In this document: in pieces, positions 12,629 through 27,600 of the stretch
Numbering within the stretch: the first letter of the stretch is position 1
Layout: each line of letters opens with the position of its first letter
From: Tubulanus polymorphus
Lineage: Eukaryota > Animalia > Nemertea
Assembly (NCBI RefSeq): GCF_964204645.1
Contig: NC_134032.1
Coordinates: 1,240,001-1,304,000, forward strand
Reading direction: 5' to 3'
DNA: 64,000 bases
Made by a program: the position numbers and the translations under genes
Notes under the pieces: generated by a model
Database searches by the model: none
Told to the model about the DNA's origin: nothing
What the model saw: only the letters and a program-made list of their open reading frames with translations

Positions 12629-15600
12629 GTGAATATTGTTACAACATCTAGTTAATCAGAGGTTCTATTTGAACATGTAACATGACGGTTAACTGCATGT
12701 AAGATGCTAGTTAACTACATGTAACATGACGGTTAACTGCATGTAAGATGGCGGTTAACTACATGTAACATAACGGTTAACTGCATGTAAGATGGCGGTT
12801 AACTACATGTAACATGATGGTTAGCTGCATGTAAGATGGTGGTTAACTACATGTAACATGGCGGTTAGGTGCATGTAAGAAGGCGGTTAACTTCATGTAA
12901 CATGATGGTTAGCTGCATGTAAGATGGTTGTGAACTACATGTAACATGACGGTTTAATGCATGTAACATGGTGGTTAACTACATGTAACATGGTGGTTGC
13001 GTAGGTGATGCGTAACTGAGATTGTATTTTTCTGTATAATTCAAGATAAATCCGACATGTTTCCGTGGTTTTTCCGCCACATCAGTGAGTATTCTAAACA
13101 ATTCCGTAGCTGCGGCTGCTCCATGGTCTCAGTTTCAGCTGCAGCTGCAGCACGGTCTCCGTGTTTATGTCGTGATCCACCGTTTTACCCTTCAGTTTGT
13201 CATCATCAGATTTACATTCTTTCAGCACTACAAATTGCAATTCAAAGTTCAATATATGCCACTCAGTTTTTTTCTGCTGTTATTTTGAGGCACTATATTT
13301 TTAAATCCCTTAATATTCATTTACTTTCAAAGGATTTATATTTCTACAGATTCCGTTGTTGTTTTCAGGATGTACTTGTATTTCTATTCTCGTAGTAATT
13401 TTATTTCACTACGTGTGATGTTTGGATGTTTGAATGTGTTACCGGGTTCTTACAGATTAGTGAAAGTCGGGGAATCCCAGATTTATTTTTCTCTGCAGAG
13501 AAATCAGGGAATTGTGACTTTTTCAAAGAAAATTAACCCTTTCAGTGCTGACTAATAAATACCCTATAGTGCGGAAGATAATTTGAAAATTCTGAAGAAT
13601 TCCACCCTAGTGCGTTGATCCACCCTAGTGCGTTGAATAACAGGAATACCACCATAGGTGCAGTGTATCGTTAGTTACTAGTATTCCACTATATTTGACA
13701 GGTGCTGCCATCTTTCAAGAGAGATAATTAGTAATTACTAATTAAATCAATACACCGCAGTGCGGTGTACTAGCAAAATCCATCACTGATTGGTACACCG
13801 CACTGCGGTGTAGACGCACTGAAAGGGTTAAGGGAATATGAATTTTCGAGGTCAGCTGTGACCAATGGTCAGTGGCGCTGACGGCTGGGTGGTTACCTGC
13901 AAGCGTCTGTTCGTCGTCCAACAGTCACCTTCGTTATTTGCAGCCGCTTCAGAACAAAGATGCGTCCGGCGGCTACAATTTACATCAGTTGCAGGGAAAT
14001 AAGAAATACGGCTACGAGAAAGTGGGATATTTATTGAAGAAGAGCGAGGGTATGGTGAGAAAGGCGTGGCTTCGTCGTAAGATACTCGTTAAAAACGGAA
14101 TCATGAACATTTCCAGAGCAGACGTAAGTAGCTCGAACACCGTGAAGTTTTCTTTCGATAAGTCATCAGGGACCAGTTCTATAGTCATGGCTTAGACTTT
14201 GGACCAGTCTAAGACCAACTTAGTTCTATAGCTAATCTAACAACTTAAGACCAGTCTTAAGATTTAAGACCACTTTTGGTGGTCTTAAGTCTTGACTATG
14301 GAACCGGCCCCCACATCGCTAGTTTACTTAAGTCATCTATTGTTTTAGTCCTAACTTACAATTCTAATTCTGATGAAATCTCCCTGACCAAGTTTGTAGG
14401 ATACGGTATTATGGTTTTGGCTGTATGGCGTCTGCCACGCAAACATGGGTGGTTATTTTTTAGATGTCCGGGGAATGTGCATGAGTTCACATTAAGTCAT
14501 CACCGTAATCATGTGTATCTCATGACTTACGAGTCTCAATGACTTATAATCACTTAGAGCCTACGTATTGATAGAGTTATATGTTATATGTTTTGCAGGT
14601 AAATAAAGAACCGGTGAAACTAAATTTATTAACGTGCCAAGTGAAACTGGTTCCAGACGACGCCGGCAAAAAATGTTTCGACCTGATTTCTGGTTCACGT
14701 ATGTAAAACCTGATTTGTCCTTCATTGCCCCTTCCTCTCACTACTCCCCTCCCCTCCCCCTCACTACTCCCATATTGTTTATATAAATGACCTCATGATA
14801 ATGAATGAATTTGAAGCCTAATAATTTCTAGCCCACTTTGTCCATGCATATTTTTTACCACATTCAATTGCAAAATTGTAACTAGCAGCGTTATTACATC
14901 ATTGTGGGGATTTCTAAGATCATCAGTTTCTTGATAAGTGGCCACGGTTCGTTTCCCTGTAACCCTAGATTTTTGTTTTTTACATTTTAGAAAATCGTAC
15001 TTATCACTTCCAAGCAGACGACACAAAAGAGATGGAAGCGTAAGTGATGTAACTACGAGGAATAGGAGGGAGGGGGGCTGGTGCCATATCAGTTCAAACC
15101 GGGTGCCATCCAAAGTTTCCATTCAGTTAAAGCCGCGTTCACACTAGATTGGGCGCTTACGAAGTACCGTACTTCGCTGATGCCGAATTCACCAAAATAT
15201 GGCGCTTATACAGCCAGTTACGTTCACACTACGAGTCGGCAATTCGGCGCTTAGTAAAGTAGTCACCCGGTGTGCCGATAGAGGGCAGTGTAATTAGCGT
15301 TTAGTGTTTTGTACTACGAGGACGTGAATACGCGGCTAGCTAAGCGCTGAATCTGCGTTCAGACTACAGAAAATACGCGGCCAGCTCAATTCCGCGCTTA
15401 ATAAACCGCGTATTTCAGTACGGAACTGCATAAGCCGTGAATAGGCCTCGAATTATCTCCTAGTGTGAACGCTTAGTACCGTATTGAAATCCTAGTGTGA
15501 ATGCAGCTTAACCCTTTCAATGCTGACTAATTAATACCCTATAGTGCTGGAGATAATTTGAAAATTTTGAAAAATTCCGCCCTAGTGTGTTGAATAACGG

Positions 15601-18600
15601 GAATACCACTATAATGCGTCTACACCGCGGCGCAGTGTATCATTAGTTACTAATATTTCACTATGTTTGACAGATGCTGCCATCTTTCAATAGTGATAAA
15701 AACTAATTACTGATTACACCAATACACCGCAATGCGGTGTACTAGCAAAATCTATCACCGATTCATACACCGCACTGCAGTGTAGATGCACTGAAAGGGT
15801 TAAGTAGCGAAGGAACTTAGATATTTGAATACGATCTCTGTAAAACGCGGCCAGAAAAGTGTTAAAGACTCACACACCCTGAAGGTTACGAGGAGGGGCT
15901 GAAGGTTACGAGGAGGGGCTGAAGGTTACGAGGAGGGGCTGAAGGTTACGAGGAGGGGCTGAAGGTTACGAGGAGGGGCTGAAGGTTACGAGGAGGGGCT
16001 GAAGGTTACGAGTAGGGGCTGAAGTGGTGTATTTATTATTCCAGATGGATATCAGTATTAAACAACGCTAAAGAAGCCGTTCTACTGAAAGCCTTCGGTG
16101 ATTCGTGCGACGACGACAACAATCATATCAGTTTAACGGTGAAAGAGTTAACTCGTAGTATTATCCTAGAAATACGACGCATTCCTGGGAATCTCTATTG
16201 TTGCGACTGCGGCGCTTCAGGTCAGTGTAACCATAGCTATGGATGACAGACGTTACGATTGAATCAAAATCAAAGTAAACAATTTACTGAAAAGTTTGCA
16301 GAAAAACAAGTAGCATAAGACCCTGAAAGTATGTCCAATAATCTCTATTCAATATATAGACCCAAAAAGGATGTCCATAAAATCTCTGTTTGCTATTGTG
16401 TTTTAGACCCTGAATGGATGTCCACCAAACTCGGTGTTCTATTATGTTATAGACCCTGAATGGATGTCCACTAATCTCTTTTCGCTATTATGTTTAAGAC
16501 CCTGAATGGATGTCCACTAATCTCTTTTCGCTATTATGTTTAAGACCCTGAATGGATGTCCACTTATCTCGGTATACTATTATGTTATAGACCCTGAATG
16601 GATGTCCACTTATCTCGGTATACTATTATGTTATAGACCCTGAATGGATTTCCACTTATCTCGGTATACTATTATGTTATAGACCCTGAATGGATGTCCA
16701 CTAATCTCGGTATACTATTATGTTATAGACCCTGAATGGATGTCCACTAATCTCGGTATACTATTATGTCTGGAATGTTGCGGTATCCACCGGGAACTCG
16801 GAGTTCATATATCTAGAACTCAATCGATGGTTATTGATGATCTCGGAACCTCACAGTTACTCGTACGTCTCAATAAATCTATTTCTATTAACTGCTGCCA
16901 TCTACTTCCGATTGTAGCTGCCATCTACTTCCGATTGTAGCTGTCATCTACTTCCGATTGTAGCTGTCATCTACTTCCGATTGTAGCTGTCAACTACTTC
17001 CGATTGTAGCTGCCATCTACTTCCGATTGTAGCTGTCATCTACTCCCGATTGTAGCTGTCATCTACTTCCGATTGTAGCTGTCATCTACTTCCGATTGTA
17101 GCTGTCATCTACTTCGATTGACAGCTATTTTTTATTTTCATTGACAGCTCGCTCGAATGATCGGTAATAAGAGTTTTAATGATATCATGGAAGCAACTCT
17201 CGACCCTAAACTGAAACCGAAGCCTTCCAATGAAATGTAAGTCGTCGAATTCGAATTGTTTAACCGATATAAAGTTTTCAACTGGGTAAAATCTATAAGG
17301 AATCTGAATTGAATCTGAATGGAATCTGTACGGAATTTCTAGAACTCAAGAGAGAAAAGATTTCATCCAGAATAAATACGTGCGACATCGTTATGCGTAT
17401 AAAATGTGCACGAATTCAGACGAACTTCAACAAGATTTGAAACAAGCAATTCTCAGTATGGATATCTGTGCTTTACTGCAAGTGTTCGCCGAGGACGCGT
17501 TGTTAATGTGTAATCTACCCGATGTGGTAAGTGTAGTAGGGCAACGTAGGATTTATCGATGAGCGTCTGCCCTGATATCAGCCTAATGAAATTTGAGTAT
17601 CGCTTTATACTCATTGCGACACTTTTGTCGCAGCGAGCAATGAGGTACCGGCATATGCCTGGGCCCAGTTTCACGAAAAAGTTTAAGCCTAAAACGGTTA
17701 AGTTTGAATTGTTGTCCTCATTGAAAAGATGAAGTAACCAATGGCAATTACACCAAAAATTTGAGTTTAACTTTTTTGTGAAACTGGGCCCTGGGGTCAG
17801 TTGCTTAAAAGTTGGTTAAAACTTGGATAAAAACCATAGTAACTATGAAGTTTTAATTGTCACCACGTCAACTATCCACTGGTTAACTCTAACCAACCTT
17901 TGAGCAACTACAGCCCCTGATAAATACTATAGTAACAATGAAATTTTAATTGTCAATTTATCAACTAACCACTGGTTAAACTATAACCAACTTTTGAGCA
18001 ACTGCAGCCCCAGGGGCCGGTTCCATAGTCATGGCTTAGACTTAAGACCGGTCTAAGACCATCTTAGTTCTACAGCTAATCTAACAGTTTAAGACCAATC
18101 TTAAGATTTAAGACCACTTCTTGACTTAAGTCTTTACTATGGAACTGGCCCCAGATAAATATCATACTAGCAATGAACTGTTAATTGTCACCACATCAAC
18201 TATCTACTGGTTAACTATAACCAACTTTTGAGCAACTGCAGCCCCTGATGGCGTAACATTACACGCAGTTACGGTATACTTAATGAAAATTAGTTCATTT
18301 TCGATGAACTTTGAACTGGATTTTTAGGCTCGGAAAAGGAAATATTATCAAACAAGTCATCGAATAGATAAAAGATTGGCATCCCCAATGAGTGTATGAT
18401 ATACTTGTGTAGGTGGGCACGGTGTCTCTGGACCCCTAGTTTCACTATATTTCACCAATACACGACTGGCTTCAGGCATCAGCGTGGTAACTCGGGGGCA
18501 GCAGGGAGATGTGACTATATATACCGGTATATATTTTTAGGAATCTAATGAATCGGCCCTACACCTGGCTATAGAACAAGATGTCGATGGTTCCTCTTTA

Positions 18601-21600
18601 CACATTGTTGATTTCATTCTACAAAACGCGCAAGGGTTTGTACTCATCTATTACTCATTTTTACTCAATTTCTTATGGACTTGCTTCTGCGCGGCCATTT
18701 TGTCACCAGCTATCTCGGTGAATTGTTCGTTATGTCATTTTCATCATTCTGTTGTTCCAATAAATGACAACGTCTCATTAAAAGTTGACAAAGATGAAAA
18801 GTGAGTCCATTTTAACCCTTTCAGTGCTGACTTATTAATAGCCTATAGTGCTGAAGATAATTTGAAAATTTTGAAAAATTCCACCCTAGATTGTTGAATA
18901 ACGGGAATAGCACTATAGTGCGTCTACACCGCGGTGCGGTGTATCGTTAGTTACTAATATTTCACTATGTTTGACAGGTGCTGCCATCTTTCAATTGAGA
19001 TAAAAACTAATTACTAATTACATCAATACACCGCAGTGCGGTGTACTAGCGAAATCCATGACCGATTAATACACCGCACTGCGGTGTAGATGCACTGAAA
19101 GGGTTAAGGCTTGATATAATTCGATTAACTGTCATGATCATTGTTGTAGGAATTCGTTGGATAGAGTCGATCGCCATGGGAACACCGTATTACACGTATG
19201 CGCTCGGTATAATCGTACGGAATGTATGAAACTGGTTCTCCGCTCGCGACCTCAACTCGTACCGTTAGAGAACGCAAACGGGCAGACGGCGGCCGATATA
19301 TCCAGAGAGAATAACTCGGAAATCTGTTTAGAACTGGTGAGATCACTGTTTCAGAACTGCCAACTATTCCTCATTTTCAGTGTTTGTTACTACTTAATCA
19401 TAACAAGAGAAATACTGATTATATTTGTATGAAAATATGAAAGATGTTACTGAGGGTCTTACTGTTGATTACTGATTAATTTGAACAGAAATATGAAAGA
19501 TGTTACTGAAGGTCTTACTGTTGATTACTGATTAATTTGAACAGAAATATGAAACATGTTACTGAGGGTTTTACTGTTGATTACTGATTAATTTGAACAG
19601 AAATATGAAAGATGTTACTGAGGGTCTTACTGTTGATTACTGATTAATTTGAACAGAAATATGAAAGATGTTACTGAGGGTCTTACTGTTGATTACTGAT
19701 TAATTTGAACAGAAATATGAAAGATGTTACTGAGGGTCTTACTGTCGATTACTGATTAATTTGAACAGAAATATGAAAGATGTTACTGAGGGTCTTACTG
19801 TTGATTATTGATTAATTTGTACAGAAATATGAAAGATGTTACTGAGGGTCTTACTGTCGATTACCGAATAATTTTAACACTTTCATATTTCAATGAAATG
19901 TTACTGAAAAAAACTCAATTTGTTACTTATAGCACTTTTCAGAGGTTGGCAGCCCTGGTGTTTATTCATTTCCACAGTTTTTAAGGGCTCAGGTCAACAG
20001 TTCTTTAAGGCCCAGTCTCAATGGTTATTTTACCCTAACAGGCAATGTGGAATTATGTAACCGGAGGGTCTAGTAATCATATCGCTGTGTGTATATTGTA
20101 TTTTGTATTGTATATCTTGAGTTTTGTTTATTTCTAGTTGAAACACGCGAGTGAAAAGAGAACAGCAATATTCAATCACGTCAACATAGACTGGAATCTT
20201 ATAGAGGAGGATCATATTTACGATCCAGTCGATATGAGTGATGAGGAACTGGATGATAGAGGGGTAGGTAATAGATACGGGTACCAGTAGGTGATAGATA
20301 GGGGGGTAGGTGATAGAGGAGGGGGGCAGGTGATAGAGGAGGGGGGTAGGTGATATAGGGGGCAGGTGATATAGAGGGGGCAGGTGATAGAGGGGGCAGG
20401 TGATAGAGGGGGCAGGTGATAGAGAGGGGGCAGGCGATATAGAGGGGGGCAGGCGATATAGAGGGGGGCAGGTGATATAGAGGGGGCAGGTGATATAGAG
20501 GGGGCAGGTGATATAGAGGGGGGGGTAGATGATAGAGGAGGGGGTAGGTGATATAGAGGGGGGCAGGTGATAGAGAAGGGGGCAGGTGATAGAGAGGTGG
20601 CAGGTGATATAGAGGGGGGCAGGTGATATAGAGGGGGCAGGTGATAGAGAGGGGGCAGGTGATAGGGGGGGGGGGGGGGTAGATGATAGAGGAGGGGGTA
20701 GGTGATATAGAGGGGGGCAGGTGATATAGAGGGGGGCAGGTGATATAGAGGGGGGCAGGTGATAGAGAGGGGCGCAGGTGATAGAGAGGGGGTAGGTGAT
20801 ATAGGGGGGGGGGCAGGTGATATAGAGGGGGGCAGGTGATATAGAGGGGTAGGTGATATAGAAGGGGGCAGGTGATATAGAGGGGGGCAGGTGATAGAGA
20901 GGGGGGCAGTTGATATAGAGGGGGCAGGTGATATAGAGGGGGGCAGGTGATATAGAGGGGGGGCAGGTGATATAGAGGGGGGTGGTGTGGAGTCCAAAGA
21001 ATAACAAACCGAACAAACAACAATCCAGAAGCCCGACTATTTACCAGCACAAACCCAAAAAATGGAACTTGGAATTCTGAAGTTGGGGGTGGGCAAATCC
21101 AACAGATGGTGATAGAGGGGAAGTATGTAACTAAGTAAACTGTATTTATTATAGGTGACCCCCGAGAGGAAAACTAGGTCTCGTCCGTCCAGTATTGTAG
21201 GGTTGATAGATGTAGGAAGTATTACACCGGATGTCAAAATGTCACCGAGTCCGCAACATACAACACCAGCCGCAGCAGCAGCTGCGCTGAGAAATCAGAA
21301 ACGTGAGTAGTTATTCCCTCTCTTCCCTCATCCCTAACCCTCCCTTATGTCGTTACTTCTAGCTGTATATAACCCTAAGCATTAGTATTTTCTGTATAGA
21401 ATCTGTAAAGACTTCAGAAAAAAAATAGAAAAGGAGCAAAAATTGTTTGAATTGAATTCAAACGATTCGAGAAACAATGAAAAATAACGTCTTTGAAATC
21501 ATTTCTTTTATCCTGGGCAGTGGATCTCGACCCCAAGTAATCAAAAAACTCCTTTCTGTCGTTCATTATTTGGTTTAGGTCTCGTATTTATTCTGTGTGG

Positions 21601-24600
21601 TGATCGGTTTCTCTTTCTGTTTCAGCTCTCACTCCTTCTAGCTCAACGCCACCTTGTAGTTTCCTGCCGAATGCGCCACCTAGTGGTGGTGGTGGTGGTA
21701 ACTTCGTCATTAAGAAGAAGCCAGCTCCGCCTCCCCCACCGCCGAGAGTGCGTACGATTTCTAACTCGAGCACGCTTCAGAACGAACAACTTAAAACCCA
21801 CAGACGCACTCCTTCTGAACCTCCTAAACTACCCCCGAAAACACTACCAGCAGGTGAGCCTCCTAAACTACCCCCTAAAACACTACCAGCAGGTGAGCCT
21901 CTTAAACTACTCCCTAAACACAACCAGCAGGTGAGCCTCTTTAACTACTCCCTAAAACACTACCAGCAGGTGAGCCTCCTAAACTACTCCTGATAACACT
22001 ACCAGCAGGTGAGCCCCTAAACTACCCCCTAAAACACTACCAGCAGGTGAGCCTCCTAAACTACTCCTGATAACACTACCAGCAGGTGAGCCCCTAAACT
22101 ACCCCCTAAAACACTACCAGCAGGTGAGCCTCCTAAACTACCCCCTAAAACACTACCAGCAGGTGAGCCTCCTAAACTACCCCCTAAAACACTACCAGCA
22201 GGTGAGCCCCTAAACTACCCCCTAAAACACTACCAGCAGGTGAGCCCCTAAACTACCCCCTAAAACACTACCAGCAGGTGAGCCTCCTAAACTACCCCCT
22301 AAAACACTACCAGCAGGTGAGCCCCTAAACTACCCCCTAAAACACTACCAGCAGGTGAGCCCCTAAACTACCCCCTAAAACACTACCAGCAGGTGAGCCT
22401 CCTAAACTACCCCCTAAAACACTACCAGCAGGTGAGCCTCCTAAACTACTCCTGATAACACTACCAGCAGGTGAGCCTCCTAAACTACCCCCTAAAACAC
22501 TACCAGCAGGTGAGCCTCCTAAACTACTCCTGATAACACTACCAGCAGGTGAGCCCCCTAAACTACCCCCTAAAACACTACCAGCAGGTGAGCCTCCTAA
22601 ACTACTCCTGATAACACTACCAGCAGGTGAGCCCCTAAACTACCCCCTAAAACACTACCAGCAGGTGAGCCTCCTAAACTACTCCTGATAACACTACCAG
22701 CAGGTGAGCCTCCTAAACTACCCCCTAAAACACTACCAGCAGGTGAGCCTCCTAAACTACTCCTGATAACACTACCAGCAGGTGAGCCCCTAAACTACCC
22801 CCTAAAACACTACCAGCAGGTGAGCCTCCTAAACTACCCCCTAAAACACTACCAGCAGGTGAGCCCCTAAACTACCCCCTAAAACACTACCAGCAGGTGA
22901 GCCTCCTAAACTACCCCCTAAAACACTACCAGCAGGTGAGCCTCCTAAACTACTCCTGATAACACTACCAGCAGGTGAGCCTCCTAAACTACCCCCTAAA
23001 ACACTACCAGCAGGTGAGCCCCTAAACTACCCCCTAAAACACTACCAGCAGGTGAGCCTCCTAAACTACCCCCTAAAACACTACCAGCAGGTGAGCCTCC
23101 TAAACTACTCCTGATAACACTACCAGCAGGTGAGCCTCCTAAACTACTCCTGATAACACTACCAGCAGGTGAGCCTCCTAAACTACCCTCAAAATACCAC
23201 CAGCAGGTGAGCCCCTAAACTACCCCCTAAAACACTACCAGCAGGTGAGCCCCTAAACTACTCCTGATAACACTACCAGCAGGTGAGCCTCCTAAACTAC
23301 CCCCTAAAACACTACCAGCAGGTGAGCCTCCTAAACTACTCCTGATAACACTACCAGCAGGTGAGCCCCTAAACTACCCCCTAAAACACTACCAGCAGGT
23401 GAGCCCCTAAACTACCCCCTAAAACACTACCAGCAGGTGAGCCTCCTAAACTACTCCTGATAACACTACCAGCAGGTGAGCCCCTAAACTACCCCCTAAA
23501 ACACTACCAGCAGGTGAGCCTCCTAAACTACCCCCTAAAACACTACCAGCAGGTGAGCCTCCTAAACTACTCCTGATAACACTACCAGCAGGTGAGCCCC
23601 TAAACTACCCCCTAAAACACTACCAGCAGGTGAGCCTCCTAAACTACCCCCTAAAACACTACCAGCAGGTGAGCCTCTTTAACTACCCCCTAAAACACTA
23701 CCAGCAGGTGAGCCTCCTAAACTACTCCCTAAAACACTACCAGCAGGTGAGCCTCCTAAACTACCCTTAAAACACTACCAGCAGGTGAGCCCCTAAACTA
23801 CCCCCTAAAACACTACCAGCAGGTGAGCCTCCTAAACTACCCTCAAAATACCACCAGCAGGTGAGCCTCCTAAACTACCCCCTAAAACACTACCAGCAGG
23901 TGAGCCCCTAAACTACCCCCTAAAACACTACCAGCAGGTGAGCCTCCTAAACTACCCCCTAAAACACTACCAGCAGGTGAGCCTCCTAAACTACCCCCTA
24001 AAACACTACCAGCAGGTGAGCCTCCTAAACTACTCCCTAAAACACTACCAGCAGGTGAGCCTCCTAAACTACTCCTGATAACACTACCAGCAGGTGAGCC
24101 CCTAAACTACCCCCTAAAACACTACCAGCAGGTGAGCCTCCTAAACTACTCCTGATAACACTACCAGCAGGTGAGCCCCTAAACTACCCCCTAAAACACT
24201 ACCAGCAGGTGAGCCCCTAAACTACCCCCTAAAACACTACCAGCAGGTGAGCCTCCTAAACTACTCCTGATAACACTACCAGCAGGTGAGCCCCTAAACT
24301 ACCCCCTAAAACACTACCAGCAGGTGAGCCTCTTTAACTACTCCCTAAAACACTACCAGCAGGTGAGCCTCCTAAACTACTCCTGATAACACTACCAGCA
24401 GGTGAGCCTCCTAAACTACCCCCTAAAACACTACCAGCAGGTGAGCCTCCTAAACTACTCCTGATAACACTACCAGCAGGTGAGCCCCTAAACTACCCCC
24501 TAAAACACTACCAGCAGGTGAGCCTCCTAAACTACTCCTGATAACACTACCAGCAGGTGAGCCCCTAAACTACCCCCTAAAACACTACCAGCAGGTGAGC

Positions 24601-27600
24601 CTCCTAAACTACTCCTGATAACACTACCAGCAGGTGAGCCTCCTAAACTACCCCCTAAAACACTACCAGCAGGTGAGCCTCCTAAACTACTCCTGATAAC
24701 ACTACCAGCAGGTGAGCCTCCTAAACTACCCCCTAAAACACTACCAGCAGGTGAGCCTCCTAAACTACTCCCTAAAACACTACCAGCAGGTGAGCCTCCT
24801 AAACTACCCTCAAAATACCACCAGCAGGTGAGCCTCCTAAACTACCCCCTAAAACACTACCAGCAGGTGAGCCTCCTAAACTACTCCCTAAAACACTACC
24901 AGCAGGTGAGCCTCCTAAACTACTCCTGATAACACTACCAGCAGGTGAGCCTCCTAAACTACCCCCTAAAACACTACCAGCAGGTGAGCCTCCTAAACTA
25001 CTCCCTAAAACACTACCAGCAGGTGAGCCTCCTAAACTACTCCTGATAACACTACCAGCAGGTGAGCCCCTAAACTACCCCCTAAAACACTACCAGCAGG
25101 TGAGCCTCCTAAACTACTCCTGATAACACTACCAGCAGGTGAGCCTCCTAAACTACCCCCTAAAACACTACCAGCAGGTGAGCCTCTTTAACTACTCCCT
25201 AAAACACTACCAGCAGGTGAGCCTCCTAAACTACTCCTGATAACACTACCAGCAGGTGAGCCCCTAAACTACCCCCTAAAACACTACCAGCAGGTGAGCC
25301 TCCTAAACTACTCCCTAAAACACTACCAGCAGGTGAGCCCCTAAACTACCCCCTAAAACACTACCAGCAGGTGAGCCTCCTAAACTACTCCTGATAACAC
25401 TACCAGCAGGTGAGCCCCTAAACTACCCCCTAAAACACTACCAGCAGGTGAGCCTCCTAAACTACTCCTGATAACACTACCAGCAGGTGAGCCTCCTAAA
25501 CTACTCCTGATAACACTACCAGCAGGTGAGCCCCTAAACTACCCCCTAAAACACTACCAGCAGGTGAGCCTCCTAAACTACTCCTGATAACACTACCAGC
25601 AGGTGAGCCTCCTAAACTACCCCCTAAAACACTACCAGCAGGTGAGCCTCCTAAACTACTCCTGATAACACTACCAGCAGGTGAGCCCCTAAACTACCCC
25701 CTAAAACACTACCAGCAGGTGAGCCTCCTAAACTACTCCTGATAACACTACCAGCAGGTGAGCCCCTAAACTACCCCCTAAAACACTACCAGCAGGTGAG
25801 CCTCCTAAACTACTCCTGATAACACTACCAGCAGGTGAGCCTCCTAAACTACCCCCTAAAACACTACCAGCAGGTGAGCCTCTTTAACTACTCCCTAAAA
25901 CACTACCAGCAGGTGAGCCTCCTAAACTACTCCTGATAACACTACCAGCAGGTGAGCCCCTAAACTACCCCCTAAAACACTACCAGCAGGTGAGCCTCCT
26001 AAACTACTCCCTAAAACACTACCAGCAGGTGAGCCCCTAAACTACCCCCTAAAACACTACCAGCAGGTGAGCCTCCTAAACTACTCCTGATAACACTACC
26101 AGCAGGTGAGCCCCTAAACTACCCCCTAAAACACTACCAGCAGGTGAGCCTCCTAAACTACTCCTGATAACACTACCAGCAGGTGAGCCTCCTAAACTAC
26201 TCCTGATAACACTACCAGCAGGTGAGCCCCTAAACTACCCCCTAAAACACTACCAGCAGGTGAGCCTCCTAAACTACTCCTGATAACACTACCAGCAGGT
26301 GAGCCTCCTAAACTACCCCCTAAAACACTACCAGCAGGTGAGCCTCCTAAACTACTCCTGATAACACTACCAGCAGGTGAGCCCCTAAACTACCCCCTAA
26401 AACACTACCAGCAGGTGAGCCTCCTAAACTACTCCTGATAACACTACCAGCAGGTGAGCCCCTAAACTACCCCCTAAAACACTACCAGCAGGTGAGCCTC
26501 CTAAACTACTCCCTAAAACACTACCAGCAGGTGAGCCTCCTAAACTACTCCTGATAACACTACCAGCAGGTGAGCCCCTAAACTACCCCCTAAAACACTA
26601 CCAGCAGGTGAGCCTCCTAAACTACTCCTGATAACACTACCAGCAGGTGAGCCTCCTAAACTACCCCCTAAAACACTACCAGCAGGTGAGCCTCCTAAAC
26701 TACTCCTGATAACACTACCAGCAGGTGAGCCCCTAAACTACCCCCTAAAACACTACCAGCAGGTGAGCCTCCTAAACTACCCCCTAAAACACTACCAGCA
26801 GGTGAGCCCCTAAACTACTCCTGATAACACTACCAGCAGGTGAGCCTCCTAAACTACCCCCTAAAACACTACCAGCAGGTGAGCCTCCTAAACTACTCCT
26901 GATAACACTACCAGCAGGTGAGCCCCTAAACTACCCCCTAAAACACTACCAGCAGGTGAGCCTCCTAAACTACTCCTGATAACACTACCAGCAGGTGAGC
27001 CTCCTAAACTACTCCTGATAACACTACCAGCAGGTGAGCCTCCTAAACTACTCCTGATAACACTACCAGCAGGTGAGCCTCCTAAACTACTCCTGATAAC
27101 ACTACCAGCAGGTGAGCCCCTAAACTACCCCCTAAAACACTACCAGCAGGTGAGCCCCTAAACTACCCCCTAAAACACTACCAGCAGGTGAGCCTCCTAA
27201 ACTACTCCTGATAACACTACCAGCAGGTGAGCCTCCTAAACTACCCCCTAAAACACTACCAGCAGGTGAGCCTCTTTAACTACTCCCTAAAACACTACCA
27301 GCAGGTGAGCCTCCTAAACTACCCCCTAAAACACTACCAGCAGGTGAGCCTCCTAAACTACTCCTGATAACACTACCAGCAGGTGAGCCCCTAAACTACC
27401 CCCTAAAACACTACCAGCAGGTGAGCCTCCTAAACTACTCCTGATAACACTACCAGCAGGTGAGCCCCTAAACTACCCCCTAAAACACTACCAGCAGGTG
27501 AGCCTCCTAAACTACTCCTGATAACACTACCAGCAGGTGAGCCTCCTAAACTACTCCTGATAACACTACCAGCAGGTGAGCCCCTAAACTACCCCCTAAA

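Noticed and set aside
20030-21050. Three overlapping Pro-rich minus-strand ORFs (259-328 aa)
   Set aside because: Open in all three frames because the C-rich repeat strand lacks stops; antisense to an intron.
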